This document shows positions 11,805 through 25,160 of a stretch of DNA of 64,000 bases, piece after piece. The notes under the pieces are model-generated. The model was not told the DNA's origin, did no database searches, and was given only the letters and a program-made list of their open reading frames with translations. The position numbers and the translations under genes were made by a program. Positions within the stretch are counted from its first letter, which is position 1; the number at the start of each line of letters is the position of its first letter. The stretch covers positions 1-64,000 of the forward strand of contig MU626312.1 of the NCBI GenBank assembly GCA_025603075.1, read 5' to 3'. The DNA comes from Neoconidiobolus thromboides FSU 785. Taxonomy: Eukaryota; Fungi; Entomophthoromycota.

Positions 11805-13204
11805 GAATTTCTTTATTTTTTAATTTTTTTAGTGTAGTTATAAAATGCAGCTTATCATTTTTTAAATCTGATAAAAGATAGACTTTATTTACTTTTTAAA
11901 GTATTATAATGAACAAAGATTACTTTAACATTTATAAAGTACTCGCAGTTTATTTCTTTATAAGTTAATGGGAAGTTTTAAAATTAACAAACAGTTAAAT
12001 ATTTATAAAAAGAAGTTTTTATTATAATAAATTAAAACAACGTTAAAAATTAAAAATAACAAAATATATTTAAAAATAAACTTAAAGCCTCAAAAAATTA
12101 AAAAAACTCCGCTTTAACAATATTGCTAAGTAAAATTTTTGTTGTAAAAATATGTATATTAATATATTTATCAACCTATACAATATAATAATACAAGGAA
12201 TCCACTTTAAAAAATACCTTGAAATAAGCTAGTCAAATGTAATATTATAATCACATATACCTTTATATACTTTATTTTAAATAAATTGGCTTTAAAATTA
12301 ATGAATGTTAAATTGAATTTTATTACTTACAACTCGTGATATTCATACTTTATACTTACCTTAAATTAACTAAAAGGGAAATGGAAAATAGTATAAAAAT
12401 ATGTCCATATATAATTTTAGTTAATAAAAAAAGCTAAAAATTAGTTCATTTAAATTAAGTTACTATTACTATCATAAAATAAATAAATAGTTTTCAAGAG
12501 AAAGAGTTTAATATTTCATAAAATAGTTATTTTAATTCATAACATGAGTTTAAATTGGATAAAAGAACTTCAACTTTATTAAGTCATTATTATAATATTA
12601 GAGAGTACTTTTCACTATAAAAATGATAAAAATTTACTTTACTTAAATACAGTAATTTTAAACTAAAAACGCTATTTGGATCTTATTGGTTAGTAGATTT
12701 ACTCCATTTACTTTATAAAGAATTTATCTATAAATTATTACCTCATTATATTTAATAGTTCCAGTTTTATTCGTTAAGTAATGATCAAATATTTTAATCT
12801 TGTTTCAACTGCTTTAGGTTAGTTGATCTAAATGATTCAATTCAAGTTCGATCTTGATTGGTGGAGTTAACTAAAAGTATTTACTGTTAAGAAAAATAGT
12901 GGAAATTGTTATTATTACTTTTAAAGTTTATTAGTTGTTATTTGAGTTTTAATTATAAAAAAGGTAAAACAATATATAATAATAATAATAATAATAGTTT
13001 ATAATACATAAAAATAAATACACGTACATTTGGTCAACTTATATAAGTTACAACAGAGATAGTCAATAACTTATTCAATTGATAATACTATTTAACTAGT
13101 GATTTAGCTTTATAATAAGTTCATTTGATGTGAATGGAAGCAATGGAAAATAGAAAACTAATATTTATGACTTAGGAATAGCTTCCTTAAAGCATTTTAT
13201 TGTG

Positions 13205-15471
13205 ATGGTGATACTAAATAATATGGAATAATAAACAAATATATTAACTGAATTTTTAAGGCAGCAAATAAATCTCCGGATGAAAACTATACAATATTAG
13301 AGAAACTAGGTTCAGGTTCTTTTGGTACTGTTTATAAAGCGTAAGTGTAATATTATGCTATTTAAATAAATACTAGATAGATCTTTTTAGTGTAGATAAA
13401 ACAACAAATCAAATTGTAGCAGTAAAGCAAATAGACTTAGAAACAGCAGAAGATGATATAAGTGATATTCAACAAGAGATTACTTTATTGGCTCAGTGTG
13501 AGTCTTCTTATATTACTCAGTATTTTGGTTCTTTTGTTAAAGGGTTTAAGCTTTGGATAGGTACTACATATTAGATTAGAAACCAAATAAATATTAAAAC
13601 TTTAAAGTGATGGAATACATGGCTGGTGGCTCATGTTTAGATTTAGTAAATAAATTACAAAGCTCTATTGAATCAAACTAACCCTTTATATCATTAGCTT
13701 AAAGCTGGCCCTTATGATGAACCTCATATTGCTATTATACTTAAGGAACTATTAACTGGGCTCGATTATTTACATTCTGAAGGAAAACTTCATAGAGATA
13801 TTAAAGGTATGGACCTTACTTTTAACGAATTTGGTATTAATATTTACAACTTAATTAGCCGCAAATGTATTGTTATCTGGAAAAGGAGAAGTGAAGCTTG
13901 GTAATATATTATTCGTTTTTAATTTGATTATCCTAATAATAAATAGCTGATTTTGGTGTTGCTGCACAGCTTTCAAACCAAAGAAGTAAAAGAAATACAT
14001 TCGTTGGTACTCCAGTAATATTATATATATGTGTTATTACTCTTTAGTTAAAAGTTATTAGTTTTGGATGGCACCAGAAGTTATTGAACAAACAGGCTAC
14101 GATGCAAAAGTAATTACAATTTTGAGCAATCAATTTAATTATTAATTTATTGGATAGGCAGATATATGGTCTTTAGGTATTACTGCTATAGAAATGGCAG
14201 AAGGCCAACCACCTTATGCTGATCTTCACCCAATGAGAGCATTATTCTTTATTCCTAAAAATGATCCACCAAGACTTCAAGGAAATCAATTTTCCATAGA
14301 ATTTAAGCACTTTGTTGGACTTTGTTTAACTAGGGATCCCAAAGAAGTATTTATTCTTTATTTTAATTCTGCTATTATTAATTTTAATATAGCGTCCTTC
14401 TTCAAAAGAATTACTTAGACATCCATTTATGCTAAATGTGCAAAATAAACCAAGTAAGTTGGTTGAACTTATTGATCGATATGAAGCATGGAAAATGACT
14501 TTTGATGATGAGCCTTCCATTGACTCTCCTTCAACAATGTCTAATTTTACAGAGATGACTGGACTTACTTGGGATTTTAGTACCATGCGTATGAGTGGGC
14601 CAAATACCATAAGATCTGTTGCAACACAAAGAGTAAGTTAATTTGAGCTTTTAAGATCTTTATTTACAATCATGCATAGTCACGTATGATGTCTTCTACT
14701 ACACGAACTCAAAGACAAAGTTCCGGAAATACACTTGATATTGGCGGTATCGTTAATGAAGAAAGTGTAAATCAATTAACTGGGCATGAGATAGGAATGA
14801 CTATTGAAACTACTTTAACTAAAGTAAACTTATATTTTACATTATTTAGTATTTTAATAGTCCTTTAATTTAGCTTTTAGACTCAAAAAAATATAATCCA
14901 GAGATAACTGCAGCTATATCACAAATTAGAGATGGTTTTGCTGTTTTAAGTACAACTCAACCTACAGCTATCCATGATTTCTTTAAAACACTTTTAGAGT
15001 CTGTTCATGAGTATTTTTATATTTTTTTATATTTTATTTATATTCAACTTTTTTTTTAGCAATGAAACTTTGTTCCATTACTTTTCTACACAATTACCAC
15101 CAGCGCCACCTACATTAATTACTACTTCAGATACGATGTCAAGAACTAGGAGTGGTGGTACTGCAAGGATGCATCCTTCAGTATATGGTACTCCATCTGG
15201 AACAATAAAATCAGAAGCATCTACTCAATTATCCCATTTAGGAAATAATGCAGATGAAATTAATAGTGATTTGTTAACACCAGAGATGCTAAATAATGGA
15301 GCCCCTGTAAGTTTGAATATGGGTAGAAGAGCATCAGCACCAAGTACTCCAGTGGGTACAATTACTACTTCTACTTCAGATGCTCAAGCATCAGCTGAGC
15401 CCTTCAGTTATCAACTTAATCCAGTGATTGAGTATTTGTATAACCGATGGAAATTAAAGTGGGCGTCTTAA
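13205..15471 (+). CDS. STE20-family GCKIII-type Ser/Thr kinase (MST3/STK24/25-like; fungal Nak1/Kic1/Sid1 group)
   Basis: Multi-exon kinase with [45 protein letters not shown] and [19 protein letters not shown]. An ATG-only first exon at 13205 is inferred. Confidence 0.92.
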
Positions 15472-15695
15472 ATCATCTAAATGATTTTATGTAATTTGTT
15501 TGATAATTGATTACTCTTAATTTTTTTTATTTAATATACCTAAGAAAACAAAAATCATTTTATTTTATTTTATTTTCGATTATTTATTGTTATATACATA
15601 ATCTAAGTATAAAATAATAAATTTTAATTTTAATAGTTAACTTTTATTTATTAGTCTATATAAACTCTATTTTTATTAATAACTCTTATTCTAAC

Positions 15696-17083
15696 TTATA
15701 CCTTTATCTTTAATAACTCTGGTGTTAATTTATTAACCAATTGACAATATTGTTCTACTTGAAGATCCTCTGGTCTTAAAGTTAAATCTAACCCCATTTC
15801 TTCCATTATTTTAAATAATTCCTCATTATAATCTCTAAAAAAATAAAATATTAATATAATATGGTTGATATATTAACTACTAAATATTACAATGAAATTC
15901 TTCTCAATGTTTTCCTTCTTTTAACGAAAAATATCCTTAATACTTGTTCAAGATATTCATATGGTACTAAATAAAATAGTTAATTAATTAATATTAATTC
16001 CTTATTGCTTATTATTTATTTAATTACCTTCAAGCTGACTCTCTTTTAATCCTGTAATTTTAACGACACTTGCATCAACCTAAAATACAAACTAAAATTT
16101 TTAATACTTTAATTTCAAAATAAAAACTTACTTTAGGTCTAGGTACAAAAGCAGTAGAAGGAACATTGTAAACAATTTTTGAATTACCAACTGCTTGAGT
16201 CATAATTGATAATCGACTTCTTTGTTTACAAGAAGGACCTGCTATTATTCTCTATAAACAAGAAATAATATAGTATACCCTACAATTAAAATAATATAGT
16301 AAAAATAAATTTACCTCAGCAACTTCCTTTTGGAACATTAAAGTTAAACTACTTTCAACATTTTGAAAAAAACCATCTTTTTGATACATCATACGTAACC
16401 ATTGTAATAATAAAGGTGTGGCTATACCAAATGGTAAATTACCAACAATATGTACAGTTTCAACTTTTATTATTATTAATAAAATTAATTTTATTAAATA
16501 ATGATGATTACTTTGATTCACCGGAATTCTTGACATATTTAAAATTTCTGTTGGATTTACTTTTAACATATCACCATTTACATACTATTAAATAAATATT
16601 AGTTAATTATCTTTTAAAATAATACATTCTTACTTTCATTTGTTTACCAGTAGCTTCACTAAGTTGCTTTTAATAACTTTGTCATTATTATTGTTTAAAT
16701 ATATATAATGTAAATTACTTCTAAAGTTGGTAAAAATCGCTTATCTTTTTCTATAGCTATTAAATTATTACAACCAGCATCCAAAATAGAACGAGTTAAT
16801 AAACCAGGCCCTAAATAAGTTTAAATTTAAGTATATTTATATTATATTACTTACCTGGTCCGACTTCAATAACTAAGGCATTTTTAAAGTTTAAGTTTGC
16901 TTTTTTCAATAGTTTATCTTTATTAATGATTAAGATTTAATTTATTATATATTATTCTTAATTTGTTTTACCAGTAACGTTTTTATCTAATATGAAATTT
17001 TGAGATAGTTGATTTAAAGCTGTAAGGTTGTAAAGCTTGATCACATCCTTTACACTTGGTAGTCTTGGTATTATTGTTGCCAT
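15696..17083 (-). CDS. TFB1M: Mitochondrial rRNA dimethyladenosine transferase / mtTFB, TFB1M-type (KsgA/Dim1 family)
   Basis: Exons give RLPSVKDVIKLY..LSQNFILD, EVGPGPGLLTRSILDAG, IEKDKRF, VGNLPFGIATPLLLQWL, LMFQKEVAER, RSRLSIMTQ and AFVPRPKVD. The last codons are uncertain. Confidence 0.88.
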
Positions 17084-17340
17084 ACTTAAATTTAATATTT
17101 AAAAAAATAAAGAATAAAAAGTTTAACTATTTTAAAAAAAAATAGTTGTAGCATAAACTTAAAATATTTGATTTGCTCATAAATTAAATAATAGTATATT
17201 AAATGAAATGAAATTAAATATATATGTAATTGAACTTGACTGTTTATTAAATTTACAATAACTAATAAAACATTTCGCTTAACTGATAAAATATTATAAC
17301 CTTTGCACAACTTTAATTAACAATTAACAATTAGCGAGAA

Positions 17341-17792
17341 TTAAGAAGTTCTTAATGTTATCTCTATCTTCGGAGTAAACTTTAAGCCTCTAGATAAATA
17401 AATTAAAATCAGTTTAGAATAATCATAATACAAGGCAAATTTACTCTTGATCTTTAGTTTCTTCCTTTTGAATTTTTTCAATTCTATTCGTCTGTATCAA
17501 TGGTATAGAAAACTTGGCTTTAACCATTTCGGCTATATTAATAGTTTTCGGTATTGCACTTCCTTCTCCAACTAATAACAAACATGGTTGTTCTTTATCC
17601 TATTGTAAAATCAACAATAAATTTATAACTTAAAATAAATCTAAAATGTTTTTATAATTAATTTATAATATTAACTACCTCTAATATTTTCATGCCATAA
17701 TCTATGAGTTTATCTGTTTGACTATGTGGTTTAATTAATAACATATTTTTTGCTCTATCTTGTAGCATTTTTTTATGTTGATTTTCATTCAT
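17341..17792 (-). CDS. Alba-like nucleic-acid-binding protein (Rpp25/Pop6/Alba family)
   Basis: Three exons give about 105 aa, including LLVGEGSAIPKTINIAEMVK and a terminal PKIEITLRTS, both typical of the Alba fold. Missed by the ORF track. Confidence 0.7.
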
Positions 17793-18946
17793 ATCTAATA
17801 AACAAAAGTAAATCCTAAATTTGTTTTTTGTTTTTTTTTAACATTATTTTTTTAATATGGAAGCATTTTTTTACTTCAATATTAACTAAGAAAAGATTTG
17901 CATTTTTACATGAAAATAAAAAATAAAAAACAAAAAAATGAAGATATAACATATACAAGTAAATTTAATAAAGTTTAAAAACCTAATTAAATTTAAAAGG
18001 TTCCTAACTCGAGTTTTAGATTTAAATATTCAAATTTTCTATTGTCTCTTAAAAGTGAACAAAAAAAACAGCTATTTTCTTAGCACAAGTGCTTTCAGTC
18101 TTTTTTTCCAATTTTAATTGATTGTGTTTAAGCTTAAATTAATTCAAAATAGCAATTTAAAAGTTTGAGTTTATTTTAAAATAAAATCAAGAATAACTTT
18201 TTATTATTAATAATTTTGATATAATTATAATACTTTCTATTATTATATTATATGATACTAAGTGCTATTTAATTGATAAATTTATATTAAGAATAGTTGA
18301 TTGTCTATTAAATAAATTCAATATAAATAAAAATCAATAGATAAAGAGATCATAAACAAGTTTAATCAAATTTTATTTCCAGTTGATAGTGGTAATATTT
18401 AATTTATTCTATCTAATATTTATTTATTTTAATAACAAAACAAATCATTTGATAATAACTAGAATGAATAAGCCTTTAAAATCTAAATGGCCGCCTTCTA
18501 TTTATTAATATCAAATAATATTATCAATGTGTATTCCTTATATTAGCTATTACAGCTATACTTTCTACTTACCCTCAAAACACATTCTATTTTTTATTAA
18601 AACCTAATTGAAAGTAAACTCATGGGTTAAACGATATCATTTGATTGGATGTAGTTGAAACTTTGATTCCACCTGATCAATGTTAATTCGAAATTTAAGA
18701 AAAATATGGTTAACTTCATTGCCAAACAGAAAGTATAATAACAAATAGTTATATTATGATTGGATCAAATCGATCTCTTTCACACACTTAAGCTTAATAG
18801 TTTTTCCTTTTAAAGCAAGTTGTTGTGACAAGCTTTTTTATGATTTTAAAAAGGATGACTTCACAATAGCATTATAATCCAAACATATATAAAGAAACTA
18901 AAATTCAATTCTTTAAAAGTTTTATCAAGTGCAATTAAACATTAGT

Positions 18947-20741
18947 ATGAGCACCCCCATTCCATATAATTTAAATGATCAACATGACGGTGAAATCAAA
19001 CAATTAGAAAATAAATTTGGTACTTCTTTAACTATATCTTCCCCATTTGGTCAACGAACTGATAACTATGATTCTGATAATTCAAGTCCATCTTCTCAAT
19101 TAACTTCTCCTGCTTTTACAGCTAATGATCCACCAAGTTCCTTATTAGCCAATGCTAACCTTTCTATATTACCTACTGTTAGTGAAGAAAAGATAGCTGA
19201 AAATATACCTATTATTAAACCAAAGAGAGGGGGTAAAGCTACCCAAGTTAAGCCTGGAGAGTTTGAGCCAGAAGGTCATTTTTATCCAAGAGTTTTAAAT
19301 GCTACTATACATCCTTTAGTATCCTCCTTTTTTAATTTAGGCAATGAAAGGATTTTAGCAAGATATGCTCACCTTAATCCTTCTGTGGATACAGAAGTAC
19401 TTAAAAAATGTTTAGAATATACACCAAAACATTTTTGTTGGGCAGGTAATTATTATAGTTATATTGTTTTTGCTTTATTTATAATTTATAATTTTTATAG
19501 GTTCTGATCTTTTTCATGTCACTACTAATTTAGGACAACGTCAAATGATTATTGTGGAAACCAACTCTTGTCCATCAGGCCAAAAATCCATGCCATTGCT
19601 TTCAGAAACAGATGAATTTGGTGGTTATAGAACTGTATTGGAATCAGCTTTCAAGCACATCTCAGCTAAAGCTGATCGTAATTTGGGTGATTTAGCTGTT
19701 ATTTATGATAAGAACCATATGGAAGCTAGTGGTTATTGTGCAGTATTAGCTGAAATTAGTAAAGAAAAGGTATGGCTTGTAGAATATTATAATAATGATC
19801 CAACACCGCCCGTAAAATGGGAAGATGGGATTATGTCTATACGTGATACAGAGGGTCAATGGCATAGTATTCGTGCTTGCTTTCGGTATGTTACTCAGAA
19901 ACCTTGGGCTCGTATACCATTACATACTAAAACTATTGTAATGAATGAAATTATTTCTTGTTTGGCTGGTGGTCGTAATAAAATGATGGCTGCCAGAGCA
20001 TATGAATTTTTTAATGCCGAGTTAATGGATAGTGGACTTTCTATTCGTACACCAGAAACTATTCGTAATGTAAGTAAAAGTGAAATACCACTTTGGGTGG
20101 ATTCTATGGGAGGACATGCTGTTATTAAAGTACCTTATTCTAATGCAGGACAAGGGGTTTATTGTATTACTAATGCTAAAGAATTAGAAGAATTTATGGG
20201 TGAAGATCATTATTACGATAAATTTATTGTACAGTCTTTAGTAGGTAATGCTTCTTGGTCTTCTACTACTAGGTCTGGTAAATTTTATCATGTTGGTACT
20301 ATTCCTAATAAAAAAGTCAATACTTTTGTTAGCGATCTTAGAGTCATGGTAACTGGGGATGAACATGGGTTTCGTCCAGTGTCTATCTATGGACGTAGAT
20401 CTAGAAAACCATTAATTAAACATTTAGAAGATGATTTAAATATCACTTCTTGGGAAATGTTAGGAACTAATTTATCTGTCAAATTAGATGATGATACTTG
20501 GGCAACAGAAGCTCAACGTTTATTATTAATGGATCGTAAAGATTTTAATCAATTAGGTATCGGGGTAGATGATGTCATCGATGCATATGTACAAACAGTA
20601 TTATCTGTTATTGCGATTGATAAATTATGTCAAAGATTAATGCCAAAAGAAGGGGAATTCGATAATGAATTATTTAAAGCACTTAATCCAGATGAAGCTC
20701 TTTTAGCTGAAATGGATTATGCTAAAGGAGGAATAATTTAA
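18947..20741 (+). CDS. Circularly permuted ATP-grasp amidoligase-like protein, function unknown
   Basis: Intron 19446-19500. Motifs in permuted order: GSDLF...IVETNSCPSG near the N-terminus, then VIKVPYSNAGQGVY, FIVQSLV, SDLRVMV, IYGR and NLS near the C-terminus. Confidence 0.75.
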
Positions 20742-20824
20742 GTTTCATTTTATTAAATTTTTAATTTAAACGTTTCACATTTATTTGTGTAATAAAATAT
20801 TTAAAAAATAAAGTATAATATACA

Positions 20825-20856
20825 TTATATTATATTATATTATATTATATTATATT
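20825..20856. repeat. (TTATA)n microsatellite
   Basis: About 6 perfect units between the convergent 3' ends of the ATP-grasp gene and RPC82. Confidence 0.85.
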
Positions 20857-21003
20857 GTAAATTAATTTAATAGTAAATAAATAAAATAAAAACCAATAAA
20901 TAGTAATAATAATATGACTAAATTTATTTATTTTTTAAAAGTTGTCTATTACATTTATAATATAATATTAATATAATATAATACTATATCAATATTAAAT
21001 AAC

Positions 21004-23314
21004 TTAATAATATTGAAATGCAGTCAACCATTGTACTAAATTCATATGAGCAATATCAATTTGATCTAAGGTTTGATTCAATTTATTAAACTCTAAATGA
21101 TCGTTTTTAGAAAGTAAAGACAAATCATTTTTAACATCTTCTCTATTAATTTTATCAATTAATGTACTTCTACTTTCCATTTCAATTAATCTACGATCCA
21201 TTAAATTACCGATACTTTGTTGTAAATGAGATAATATAGATTCAAATGCTTTTTCAATTTTAAATTCCCATAAATAAATTGTTCTAGATGGTTCCCTGTT
21301 GACTGTTTTTGGTACTTCTTGTAAACTAATAAATCCATGGACTGCCATTTCATTTAATAATTTTCTACATGTACTTCCTGGTATAATAGCTACTTTAGAA
21401 ATCTAATACACAATATAATATAATATAATATTAGTTATTACTACTAATTATGTTAATTTTAATTTAATTTACCTGTTTTTCATCCATTCTCCCTTTAAGC
21501 ATTAAAATACGAATTAATCTCCAAGCAACAACATCAAATTTACGTTTAATTAAAACTTCCATAAAATTTAATTTGATAGCGTAACCTATCTTGACAAAAT
21601 CGATACAATATCTTCCCATAATTCCTCTCTCTTTAGCTTCTACTAATAATGGAATTTCATCTCTATTGAGTAATCTAATAAACTCAGAAATTAATAAGAT
21701 ATTTCTTGCTCTAATATTATCATTATTCATTATATTATTGTTATTTCCATTCATCTGATTATTATTATTTCCATTCATTTGATTATAATTACTATAATTT
21801 CCATTCATTTGATTATTGGTATTATTATTTTCATTCGCTTGGTTATTATTAGGAATTGCCATATATGTAGATAACCGTGCTTCTGGGTTCAAGTGCTCCT
21901 GAATATCACTGCTATTGGCTGGTGCTATTATTATCATTGTATTAATAAATTTGAACTTGATAAAATACTATAAAATTAAACTCACGTGATAGTTTATCAT
22001 TGAATCCATAGATTCTATTCTCGATATGAGTTATAAAGCAACACATTACTTCCATAGCCCCTTTATTGATTCTCTGATTAGCGTATTCCATAATATGCTT
22101 TAATAAATTTGTCAAAAAACAATTCATTATTATTAAAGTTGTTTTTTTACCTTATTTCTTATAAATAATTGTGCTCTTTTAAAGCTGATCATATAATGAG
22201 TATTTTTCTATAAATTTATCATTTAATATTAAGTATAATTTAGTGCTACAAATATATTACATCAATTAATAAGTTTTCCTCTTCTTCTTCCTTTACTTTA
22301 ATTTTTCTCTAAACTATTATAAATAAATTATTATTATTATAACTATTATTACTTACTCTTGAATTTTTATCACCAACATTACCATTCAACTGACGTTTCT
22401 AAAAGAAATATGTTAAAAAAACCCTCTAGAATATCAAATTCAATATTACTGTCCCAATGGTACTTAAGCTCTCTTGTAGAGCTTCTAATTTAGCAGCTTT
22501 GCTAGCTGCAATTGCTCTTTTCTTTTTCTGATCACTTGGTAATACCCCTAAGCTTTGTACTACTTTGTGTTCTTCTTCTAAGCTATGATCCAATTTTGTT
22601 TGGGATGATAATGGTAATATTGTTTCAATAAATTTACTTTCTACCATCCTCATAAATGTTGCTCGCATATTTTCTAGACTGATTCTATCTGAATTTACTA
22701 AATATTAATGAGTAAATATTCTTTGTAATTTAAATAGAAATACCATTTTGTTCATTATTACTGCTATTATTATTGCTGTTATTGTTTTGATCTTTTTTTC
22801 CATTAATCTCTTCTTCTAAATATCCTTCCAAATCTCTAAACCTGAGCTTTCCATTTAAACAAAAAGTTTTAGCAATAAGATATCCCTAAGATTTTTCTAT
22901 AAGTTTCACTCATATTAATAAAAGAACAGACTCACCTCCCTACTATACCTCTCTTCTGCAATCTCCAATACATTTAATAAACCCAACCTATCCAAGACAC
23001 AGTCCGTTTCCAAAGTATAGTACGTAACAAATTTCGTTCCTTCAGGCAAATCATAATAAGTCACCAAACCATGTTGCATTAGTATAAACAAACTTTCTCT
23101 AACTTGTTTATTTGTAAGTTTACTGAATTTTATAAGTAAATTTAAAGACAAACGTCCTCGATTCACTAAAGTCATGGCTACTCTCTATTTTTTTAATATG
23201 TAATTAGTATTACAAATTTGTGTTCTTATGGTTGAAGTTTACTTCGATTATAGAACCAAATTGTTGACTGATTATTTGTCGACATAATCGGGCTATGTTG
23301 GTTGATACAGCCAT
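21004..23314 (-). CDS. RPC82: RNA polymerase III subunit RPC82/RPC62 (POLR3C)
   Basis: N-terminus LCRQIISQQFGSIIE/RVAMTLVNRGRLSL..VRESLFILMQHGLV. C-terminus LIRILMLKGRMDEKQISKVA..LQEVPKTVNREPSRTIYLW. Several track ORFs between 21004 and 23175 are exons of this gene. Confidence 0.88.
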
Positions 23315-24168
23315 TTGAAGTGAATTAAAAGAGTAAAAAGTTAAACCCAAAGTTATTTTTTTTGAATTTTTATGTGGATTATTTTTTATTGGTAGATTTT
23401 TCTAAACTGCGAAGTTGATTTTTCTTAAGCTGAGGATGAATTCTTATTGTTTAATGAAGTATTAGGGTTTTATATTTTAACTATTTGATATAAAAAATTG
23501 AGCTAATAAATGTATATCTCTCTAATAAGTTGTATTAAAATAAAAATGACGTTATAAAACTATAGAAAGTGCTTCTTTAATTGATAATCTGTATTTAAAT
23601 TCTTAAATCTTAATATAGTAACTTATATATTCCTTTTGAAGATAATATATATTAAATATTTAAATTTATATAAATAATGTTTATGTATAACAAATCATTT
23701 TTTAGTACTACCATTATATAGTAGTTTGTTATGAAAAATGATCTATTATTCCATACAAATAGCTTGTATAGACTGTATTATAGATTGTATTATAGATTGT
23801 ATTATATTATTATTTATTATAAGATGCTATTATATATAATCATATCTATTTTATATTTTGTAATTTAAAATCAGTCTTGATCCAATGAAATGAAATAAAT
23901 TTTACTAAATTTGTCAATCTGTTGGCTAAACCAAATTTCAACTTTATTTTGTCAGATGTAGAACATAACCCGTAACCAGAACAGCTTCCTTTTCTAAAAG
24001 TTTTTTAAAACTATAAGTAAAGTAAGTATATCTTCTTATTAAGCTAACGATAAATCAAATGAATACATCCATTAACGAATAAAACAGTCTAATATCATAT
24101 CATTTGAATTTTTATTTTTTTATCGTCCCTAATTTAACTCAATTTAACATCTTATAAAAAATAGTAAA

Positions 24169-24753
24169 ATGGCCGATACTCAAAACAACAACGAAAGCGT
24201 GCAAAACAGCCGTATTGAAAAAAAAGCCAAAAAAGTCATGGCTCAATTAAACTTAACCCCAGTTACTTCTATTAACCGTGTCGTTTTCCGTAGGCCCAAG
24301 GGTGTAGGTATTATAAATTTATCTTAATTTCACCAAAATTAATCGATTTTTTAATAAAAGATGATGCTTGCTGTTTCTGAACCACAAGTATTCAAATCAG
24401 CTGATAGCAACATCTATGTTGTTTTAGGTGAAGCTAAAACTGAAGACTTAAACCTTCAAGCTCAACAAGCTGCTCAAGAACGTTTACGTGCTGCTGAACA
24501 ATCCAAACTTGCTGCTGATACTGAAGCTCCAACTGCTGAAGCTCCAGTTGCTGAAGATGAAGAAGAAGTTGATGAAACTGGTGTTGACGCTAAAGATGTT
24601 GAACTTGTTATGACTCAAGCTTCCGTCTCTCGTGCTAAAGCTGTAAAAGCTCTTAAAGAAAATAGCAATGACCTTGTAAACGCTATTATGGTAAAATTAT
24701 TATATTTCTATTTACTATTTTTAATATTTTTTCATTAGGCTCTTACTACTTAA
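24169..24753 (+). CDS. EGD2: Nascent polypeptide-associated complex alpha subunit
   Basis: NAC domain (SRIEKKAKK..INRVVFRRPK, EPQVFKS..YVVLGEAKTEDL) plus a UBA-like tail (DVELVMTQASVSRAKAVKALKE..DLVNAIM). Introns 24304-24360 and 24691-24738. Confidence 0.96.
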
Positions 24754-25160
24754 TCGCCAATTTTTAGCTATTAAAATTAAATCAATGTTAAAAGTTAATA
24801 TCAAGTTTTTGTTATATTTTAGGATATATTTAGAATTAAAAATATTGGGAAATGGATCTAAATATTTTATTTGAAGTTTGTTTGCAGTGTTATATCAAGA
24901 GAGAAGGATAAAAGATAAGGGATAAATATCAGGATGAGTATATATGTTAATGGAGTAAATATTTATAAAAGAAACCAATTTTATTAGACTATAAAGCAAT
25001 ATTTATCAACATAGTATTTTTGTTTAAGAGTTTATTTAAATGTTTGTTATTTGTTATACAAACGAAATATAATTAGCTTAATATAATTTATTAAAACATG
25101 AATTTATTGAGATAAAATTAAATACTTTATATTTCTATCGTCTTTTTTTAATTGTTTGAG

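Noticed and set aside
21004-22127. Apparent separate genes at 21004-21348, 21464-21937 and 21942-22127
   Set aside because: Canonical introns join them in frame into the C-terminal half of RPC82.
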